Shown piece by piece: positions 19,361 through 27,636 of a stretch of DNA of 27,636 bases (position 1 is its first letter; every line of letters starts with the position of its first letter). A model generated the notes under the pieces. The model made no database searches and had not been told where the DNA came from. It saw only the letters and a list, made by a program, of their open reading frames with translations. Origin of the DNA: Sandaracinaceae bacterium (lineage in GTDB: Bacteria > Myxococcota_A > Polyangia > Polyangiales > JAFGIB01). The position numbers and the translations under genes are program-made. The stretch is from assembly GCA_043752225.1 (NCBI GenBank), contig JAYUYY010000538.1, forward strand, positions 1 to 27,636, in the 5' to 3' direction.

Positions 19361-20122
19361 TTACATTTGTACGCGGCGCGTACCCTTGGGCGGCGCGAAC
19401 TTGAACGAGCTTGCGTCGACCTTGCCGTTGAACTTGAGGCCGGTGAAATCGAAGCGATTGCGATTTCCGCTCGAGTCCACGATCAACAACCGCCGCACCA
19501 ATCCGCGCACCGCGGCGGCGCGCTCGACGTAGAACAAGATGCGATCGAAGTGCGGCGTCGGCGTCTTGGGGCGCAGCTCGAGCACGTCGCCGGTCGTGAA
19601 GCCTTCTGTCGATGCATCGAGCAAGCGAAACGTGAAGTCGTCCTCGAGCTTGCCTGTGCCCATCAAGAACGCGAGCGCTTGCGGGAGCTGCGCTTGCGCG
19701 ATCGTTTGCTCGATCACTTGGCCGGGCTCGCCGTCTTCACCCGGCTCGAACACAGTGAGCGACTTGCCCGAGCTCGCGATCACCTTGCCGCTCGGCTTCT
19801 CGTAGTCCCAGCGCATCATGCCGGGCTTCTTGAACACGACGCGACCCGCGGAACGATCGGTTCGCTTGTAGAGCTTGTTCACGTACGTCTGATGGAAGGT
19901 CGCGCTGACGTCGAGCGTTTGGTCGTAGAACGCTTGCACTGCTTGCGCGACCGCGCGTGCCGCATCGCTGTGGTGCGCGACCACGGGCGCAACGGGCGCA
20001 GGAGCTGCGGGCTGAGCGACGGCGGGCTGAGCGACCGAATGCCCCGCGCCGAAGATCGCCCCGCACGTGATGAGCCCGATGACTGCCAATACGCTTTGCG
20101 TGCCCTGCTTGCTCGATCCCAC
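19361..20122 (-). CDS. lolA: Outer-membrane lipoprotein carrier LolA
   Basis: Start moved to GTG 20122 (AGGAGG SD). Signal peptide. SATFHQT, GRVVFKKPGMMRWDYEKP, PQALAFLMG, GNRNRFDF, FKF-PPKG. Confidence 0.88.
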   Translation of the reverse strand: MGSSKQGTQSVLAVIGLITCGAIFGAGHSVAQPAVAQPAAPAPVAPVVAHHSDAARAVAQAVQAFYDQTLDVSATFHQTYVNKLYKRTDRSAGRVVFKKPGMMRWDYEKPSGKVIASSGKSLTVFEPGEDGEPGQVIEQTIAQAQLPQALAFLMGTGKLEDDFTFRLLDASTEGFTTGDVLELRPKTPTPHFDRILFYVERAAAVRGLVRRLLIVDSSGNRNRFDFTGLKFNGKVDASSFKFAPPKGTRRVQM

Positions 20123-20452
20123 GTTGCCTCCTTCGTCCACTGTGCTCGCGTCTGGAGAGAGCGACTCGTCGCGACCCCATCCTGATTCACCCGGCTCTTC
20201 AACCCGTGCCGGCGTGCCGGCGTTCCCAAGGGCTGGAATTTCCGAGAATCCGACCCAATCGCGGTGCGGGGTTATGCGACCGAATCGCGGCCCCGGTCAA
20301 TTCGGCCCCCAACACCATGTTTCAAGCTCGGATCGATCGCGGGCGAGCGTTGCGATCGCAGATTTCGTTTGCGAGCCTGATCGCGCGGAGCTTGGACCCA
20401 GATTGGCTTAGCGACTCGAAGTCAGCGCCACCTGAAACCAGCGAGGGAACGC

Positions 20453-20653
20453 ATGCGACAGCGAAAGAGCAATCCGGACGCCTTGGTCGGTCGACTTCAA
20501 CGCAAGCACGGCGATTTGGCCGATCGCGTCGCGACCTTGGACAGTCGCCCGCATCTCTTGACTTCGGATGAAGCCGAGCTCGGCTCGCTCAAGCGCGAAA
20601 AGCTCGCTGCGAAAGATGCGCTCGACGCGCTCCGCGTGATCGATCGCGACTAG
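20453..20653 (+). CDS. Small coiled-coil protein, DUF465/YdcH family
   Basis: 66 aa, GAGGGA SD. RLQRKHGDLADRVATL...ELGSLKREKLAAKDAL matches the YdcH pattern. Confidence 0.75.
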   Translation: MRQRKSNPDALVGRLQRKHGDLADRVATLDSRPHLLTSDEAELGSLKREKLAAKDALDALRVIDRD

Positions 20654-20673
20654 CGTCACGACCGCAACAACAA

Positions 20674-21069
20674 CTAGCCCCCGACGGGAGCCGCGCTCCC
20701 CGGCGAGTACATCACCGGCGCCGAGCCGCCGGGACCCAGCGCTTCGAGCGTGCGTTCGAGCACCGGACGCCAGGGCGGCGGTATGTCCGCGGGGTCGTCG
20801 CTGAACAGCACTTGCGCCAGCGCGAGGTAGTGAAGGGCGTCGGCGCGCTGGCCCAACCGAAACGCGCTCATACCGCGCAGATAATAGAATCGCGCGCGCT
20901 CACCCGCGGACATCGTAGGCAGCTCGGCCTCGAGGCCGTCGAGCCATGCTGCGGCCTGCTCGTAGCGGGCGTCGCGATACAGGCTCTGTGCGGCGAGCAG
21001 ATCGGTGTGGGGCGAGGTGCAGGCCGAGAGCGCCAGTACGCAGAGGCCGCGGAAAATGAGAGCGCGCAC
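20674..21069 (-). CDS. Small TPR-like lipoprotein
   Basis: GTG start; lipobox LSAC. Helical AQSLYRDARYEQA and FYYLRGMSAFRLGQRADALHYLALA, which are TPR-like. Confidence 0.7.
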   Translation of the reverse strand: MRALIFRGLCVLALSACTSPHTDLLAAQSLYRDARYEQAAAWLDGLEAELPTMSAGERARFYYLRGMSAFRLGQRADALHYLALAQVLFSDDPADIPPPWRPVLERTLEALGPGGSAPVMYSPGSAAPVGG

Positions 21070-21157
21070 GCGCGCAGGATAGCCGCGAATCGCGTCGAAC
21101 CGCGACGACGTTGATAGCGCGCGAGGATCGTCGCGCGCGAGAGCTTGCTAGAAAGGC

Positions 21158-21192
21158 AAAAAGGACCCCGGCGTGTTCGCCGATGGGTCCTT
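21158..21192 (-). terminator. Intrinsic terminator for a minus-strand transcript
   Basis: RNA sense GGACCC-AU-CGGCG-AACA-CGCCG-GGGUCC-UUUUU. 11-bp GC-rich stem with a 2-nt bulge. The U-tract exists only in the minus orientation. Confidence 0.85.
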
Positions 21193-21300
21193 CGTGCCGA
21201 ATCGCGGAGCTAAGACTGAAGCCGAGCCAATCGAGATGAAGCTCAAACGAGACAAGCTAGGAACAAGTTACGAGCTGAACAGCGTTGGCCAAGTGAGCAC

Positions 21301-21342
21301 AAGCGAAGTTGGCAAAGCGAAGTTGGCAAAGCGAAGTTGGCA
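21301..21342. repeat. Perfect 3 x 14-bp tandem repeat AAGCGAAGTTGGCA
   Basis: Identical units at 21301, 21315 and 21329, with no spacers. Confidence 0.95.
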
Positions 21343-21505
21343 AACAGAGCGCGCGAGAAGCAGACAAAAGAAAGCGTTCAGTCAAAGCCAAGAACCCACG
21401 CGCGCTGTGCCGAGAGCTGAAAAAAGAAGTTAGTAAAAAGCGTCAGGCTAAGAGCGAAAGAGCTAAGTCGAGATAAGCCAAGCCAGCCGATGTCAGCCCC
21501 TCTTC

Positions 21506-21521
21506 GCAACGCTTGTGCCAG
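21506..21521 (-). promoter_or_regulatory. sigma54 (RpoN) -24/-12 promoter
   Basis: CTGGCAC-AAGCG-TTGC matches TGGCAC-N5-TTGC with exact GG-N10-GC spacing. Predicted +1 is near 21494. An AT-rich AAAGAAATCAAA tract lies just upstream. Confidence 0.75.
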
Positions 21522-21715
21522 CGCTCGGCGCCTTTGATTTCTTTCGAGAAGCTCGATCAGGAGCTGTGTGATTCCAGCTACTTGCGGGCTCGACATTCGT
21601 TCGATCCCACAGTGTTATGGGTCTCGATCGCCGCGTCTGGGGGTTGGTTCAGAGCTTGGGCTCGGCGCTTCATCTGACATCCGTGTCGCGACGAACGATG
21701 AAGTCGTTCACTCGC

Positions 21716-21743
21716 TTGCACAGTTAGATTTTTGCACAGTGCA
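21716..21743. promoter_or_regulatory. Direct repeat TTGCACAGT x2 with overlapping TGCAC-A-GTGCA palindrome; candidate regulator-binding site
   Basis: Copies at 21716-21724 and 21732-21740, separated by an AT-rich spacer. Confidence 0.35.
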
Positions 21744-21775
21744 TCCGGGTCGCGTGCGCTCGGAGGAGCCGGGGT

Positions 21776-22765
21776 ATGCTTCGCCCCGTGTCGTCGGCCA
21801 GCGATGCCGCGCCCGGGACCCCAACGGACGCGAGTCCACCGGAGCCTGCGAAGCGCTCTGAGTCGCGGCGCGAGTCGGGTGAAGTGCCGATCGTCGAGAT
21901 CGCGAGCCCAGTCGAGCCTGTCATTCCGCTCGAAGACCGCGTGCGTCGGCCCACGCCCGCGATCGGACAGGCGAGCGCGCCGCGTCCGCCGGTGCTCGCA
22001 TCGGAAGCGTTGCGCCGCGATCTCACGCCCGCGACGCCTGCGCCACGCGCCACGCGTCGCGTAGCGGTGTTGGTGGGCATTCTCGGCGCCGTACAGACGA
22101 TCTCATTGGCGGGCGCGCAGGGCGTTGCCATTCCGTTGGCGGGTGCGTTCGCCGCGCTGGCTGCGCTTGGGCTCGTGCCGATGGCGTACGTGTCGCGTGC
22201 CGCGGCGCTCGCGACGGTCGCCGGTGCGGGGCTCGGCGTGGCGTCGTTTGCCGAGGTTGCCGAGACGCACCGGGTCGAGCCGCTCGTGCTCGCCGCCGGG
22301 GTGACCACGCTCGCGGCTGCGCTGCTGTTTCGCGCCTGGCATCGCGCATCGTGGCTCTCGCGGGCGCTCGTCGCGCTCGGCATCGTGGTGTGCGCAGGCT
22401 TTCTCACGATGAGCCAAACCCTGCAGCGGCTGCCGATCGTCGACCCGTCGTGGCAGACGTGGTTGCCCCAGGTCTTGCAGCTCGTGCTCGTGCTGCTCCT
22501 GCTCTTGAGCCTGCTCGCGTTCATGGACGCGAGGTCGACCGGCGGCTGCGACGCGTGGGCCGTCTGCATCGTGGGTTGGTACGTCTGGTTTGGCGCGGTC
22601 GAGATGCTCGCGGTGCGATATCCGGCGACGGCATCGCAGATCGCGACTGGGCCTGCGGGCACGGTCGCTGCGCTGCACGTGGCCGCACCCTTGCTCACCG
22701 GAATGCTGGCGCTCTCACTGGCTCAGATTTGGGCTGCTCGCGCTGCGGCCCGCACCGCGCAGTGA
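21776..22765 (+). CDS. Hypothetical multi-pass membrane protein with Pro-rich N-terminal cytoplasmic region
   Basis: GGAGGAG SD. About 90 aa of Pro/Ser/Arg-rich N-terminus, then about 7-8 hydrophobic segments. Confidence 0.7.
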   Translation: MLRPVSSASDAAPGTPTDASPPEPAKRSESRRESGEVPIVEIASPVEPVIPLEDRVRRPTPAIGQASAPRPPVLASEALRRDLTPATPAPRATRRVAVLVGILGAVQTISLAGAQGVAIPLAGAFAALAALGLVPMAYVSRAAALATVAGAGLGVASFAEVAETHRVEPLVLAAGVTTLAAALLFRAWHRASWLSRALVALGIVVCAGFLTMSQTLQRLPIVDPSWQTWLPQVLQLVLVLLLLLSLLAFMDARSTGGCDAWAVCIVGWYVWFGAVEMLAVRYPATASQIATGPAGTVAALHVAAPLLTGMLALSLAQIWAARAAARTAQ

Positions 22766-22774
22766 GCAGGCGTA

Positions 22775-23824
22775 CTAGTTTCCGACGAAGCGGGGCCAGG
22801 CGGCGAGCAACACGACCAGGCACACGCGGCCTCGGTCATCCCGCGCTTCGCCGATGCCGACGTCGGTGAAGCCGCGCTCGAGCAACGTCATGCGGTGCGA
22901 GGGACTTTGCAGCATGCGAGCCAATGCGCTTTGCGCATCGCGGTCGCGGGCGATTGTCTCTCCTACGCGCCGCGCGACCACGCCTTGTGCCCGCAATCGC
23001 GCTTCCGGATCGGCGCCTGGCTGGAGCTCGTGCGCGATGCGGCCCTCGGCGCACACGCGCTGCGCGTGCGCGTCCGCGGCTTGGTCGAGCAGCGTATGCG
23101 CGCGCAACGTGCGCAGCCCCGCGTCGCCGCGCGCGATCGCGAGCTGGCTAAGCGGCTCCAGATCAGGCGCCGTCAACAGCGCCTCTTTGTTCTGCGCATC
23201 GAGCTTGCCGAGCACGCGCTCTGCGAGCGGCCGCGGCCCGGCCGGCCCTTTGGCGACCAGCTGCACGCGCACGGGTCGCGGCAGATCCGGATCGATCGAA
23301 ACTCCGGCTGCGAGCTGCCGCCGGGACAGCTCGATGCGCTGCGATCCGCCTGCGCCATCGACCACCACGAGCGACGGCTCTGCAAAGCCTTCCGCGAGCG
23401 TCCCGCGCACGACCGGATCCTTGCCCGAGATCGGCGCCAGCGTTCCGGCGCGCGGCGCGAGCAAGAACAGCTGACCATGCTCGGATTGCGCCGCACCGCA
23501 CGCGAGCGGCGAGTCCGCACGCGCCTGCGTTTCCGTCAGCCAGCGCACGTACGGCGTGCCGCTCTGCCCGCTGGTCGCGCCGCTCGAAGGCGCCACCGTG
23601 TAGAGCGCTCGAACCAACACCGCATCCGACCCCGCCCGCCGCACCGCGATCGCAAGATCATCGTCATTCGGCGCGTGCCCTTCCAGAAGCAGCTCCGCCG
23701 CCGCCTCCGACAGCGCCGATTCATCCACACAAGTCGCTGGCGGCGCGGGGGCGCTAGCTGGCGGTTTCTCCGCCGCGGCACCGACCGGCCAACCCAGAAG
23801 CACGCATAGAGCTAGACGTCGCAC
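22775..23824 (-). CDS. Exported CAP (SCP-like) domain protein
   Basis: Signal peptide. C-terminal LDQAADAHAQRV...IAHE, GETIA, MLQSPSHRMTLL...FTDVGIG is the CAP signature. Confidence 0.8.
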   Translation of the reverse strand: MRRLALCVLLGWPVGAAAEKPPASAPAPPATCVDESALSEAAAELLLEGHAPNDDDLAIAVRRAGSDAVLVRALYTVAPSSGATSGQSGTPYVRWLTETQARADSPLACGAAQSEHGQLFLLAPRAGTLAPISGKDPVVRGTLAEGFAEPSLVVVDGAGGSQRIELSRRQLAAGVSIDPDLPRPVRVQLVAKGPAGPRPLAERVLGKLDAQNKEALLTAPDLEPLSQLAIARGDAGLRTLRAHTLLDQAADAHAQRVCAEGRIAHELQPGADPEARLRAQGVVARRVGETIARDRDAQSALARMLQSPSHRMTLLERGFTDVGIGEARDDRGRVCLVVLLAAWPRFVGN

Positions 23825-23898
23825 GCGTCGAGCCTAGTTGCGCCCGACCTCGCCGCGCCAATTCGCCGCCACGAGCCTCTGACTCAGGACACTAGAGT

Positions 23899-27069
<3,171 letters not shown>

Positions 27070-27108
27070 GGAGGCGCAAAGGTCCGATCTGGGCTAATCC
27101 CGGGACGG

Positions 27109-27137
27109 TTTCTAGACGGGGGGCACGTACAGCGCAA
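27109..27137 (-). promoter_or_regulatory. Possible sigma70 promoter of secA
   Basis: TTGCGC-N17-TAGAAA, about 40 nt upstream of the ATG. The -10 lacks the final T. Confidence 0.3.
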
Positions 27138-27233
27138 GCTTGCCGGCGCCACCGTCGGTAGTGAGCGTGCGGGATCAGCAGCCAATCCACCGCCTCCCCG
27201 GTTCTATTCCCGGGAATCGCCCACTGCTAACCA

Positions 27234-27636
27234 CTAACCGCGCGCGATCAAGTAGAGCGCGATCGCGAAGAACGCCAGCAAGACGCTGACCGCGACCGCC
27301 ACCAAGCGCAGCGTCATACCGAGCTTGTCGCGCGCGAGGTTCTCGTGTCCGACGCCCGAGGCGCGCAGCACGCGTGTCGCCTCTTCCGAGCCGCGCAGGC
27401 CGCGTTGCACCAGCAGCAGCACCAAGCTCGCGGCCGCGAGCGCGATCACGATCAGCGCGAGCTTGCGGACCTCGCTGCGCTGCGCACGCGCGCGAGCTTG
27501 TGCGAGGGGGAAGCCGCTCGCCTTTGCGGGCAGCTCGTACACGCCATCGTCGAGCACCGCGAGCAAATAGCGGCTGGTCAGATCGAACGGCACGCTCGCT
27601 ACGAGCTCGCGCGGATCGCGCTCGTCAGTGTCATCG
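27234..27636 (-). CDS. 3' end of a membrane protein of unknown function; truncated by the right edge of the window
   Basis: The frame is open to the window end (DDTDERDPRELVASVPFDL...). Two hydrophobic segments, KLALIVIALAAASLVLLLV and LRLVAVAVSVLLAFFAIALYLI, precede TAG 27234. Confidence 0.65.
   Translation of the reverse strand, partial: DDTDERDPRELVASVPFDLTSRYLLAVLDDGVYELPAKASGFPLAQARARAQRSEVRKLALIVIALAAASLVLLLVQRGLRGSEEATRVLRASGVGHENLARDKLGMTLRLVAVAVSVLLAFFAIALYLIARG

Larger units (their letters stand above)
21158..21494 (-). ncRNA. Putative sigma54-dependent ~337-nt pyrimidine-rich, GCU(U/C)-repeat non-coding RNA
   Basis: Bounded by a sigma54 promoter and a terminator in the same orientation. 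No AUG and no SD-led ORF. 22 GCU motifs in 280 nt. In 21241-21480 the plus strand has 92 A vs 28 T of 240 nt (38% U, 12% A in the RNA; 50% GC, clearly below the GC-rich flanking genes). Confidence 0.7.

Noticed and set aside
21301-21342. CRISPR array or type III toxin-antitoxin RNA array
   Set aside because: Repeats are 14 bp with no spacers; no cas or ToxN/CptN/TenpN-like gene is nearby.
21173-21433. 86-aa Lys/Arg-rich plus-strand ORF
   Set aside because: It starts inside the terminator hairpin, is antisense to the promoter/terminator orientation and simply reflects the A-rich strand.
21158-21494. CsrB/RsmZ-type or CrcZ-type known sponge RNA
   Set aside because: No GGA motifs in the body, and the transcribed strand is A-poor, the opposite of CrcZ. 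An Rfam search is still needed.
21378-21596. 72-aa minus-strand ORF overlapping the ncRNA region
   Set aside because: It spans the sigma54 promoter itself, has no SD and no recognisable motif. Its hydrophobic look follows from the U-rich sequence. Ribo-seq would settle it.
21190-21775. Replication origin (three repeats like a DUE, lower GC)
   Set aside because: No TTATCCACA DnaA boxes seen, the repeat is 50% GC rather than AT-rich, and promoter plus terminator explain the region better.

Overview
High-GC chromosomal window, most likely from a myxobacterium (Myxococcota, Polyangia-like). This is an inference from CdnL, bacillithiol genes and Cys-rich Gly/Ser-linker lipoproteins. From left to right it holds: a minus-strand DUF2911-bshC-bshA-PIG-L/LmbE (bacillithiol) operon, hisIE, cdnL/carD, two tandem lipoproteins, cinA-recA, a six-gene plus-strand operon (M16B peptidase pair, glmS, GT2, GT4, TMTC-like GT-C), lolA, DUF465, a TPR-like lipoprotein, a 706-bp intergenic region, a membrane protein, a CAP-domain protein, secA and a truncated membrane protein. 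I saw no mobile elements, CRISPR arrays, tRNA or rRNA genes. The standout is the intergenic region 21070-21775. It contains a minus-strand sigma54 (-24/-12) promoter and a matching intrinsic terminator. Between them is a ~337-nt, AUG-free, U-rich/A-poor transcript with 22 GCU motifs (20 of them GCU[U/C]) and a perfect 3x14-nt repeat. This layout resembles a protein-sponging sRNA (CsrB/CrcZ type) but with a motif I do not recognise. All product calls come from recognising motifs by eye; no database searches were run.
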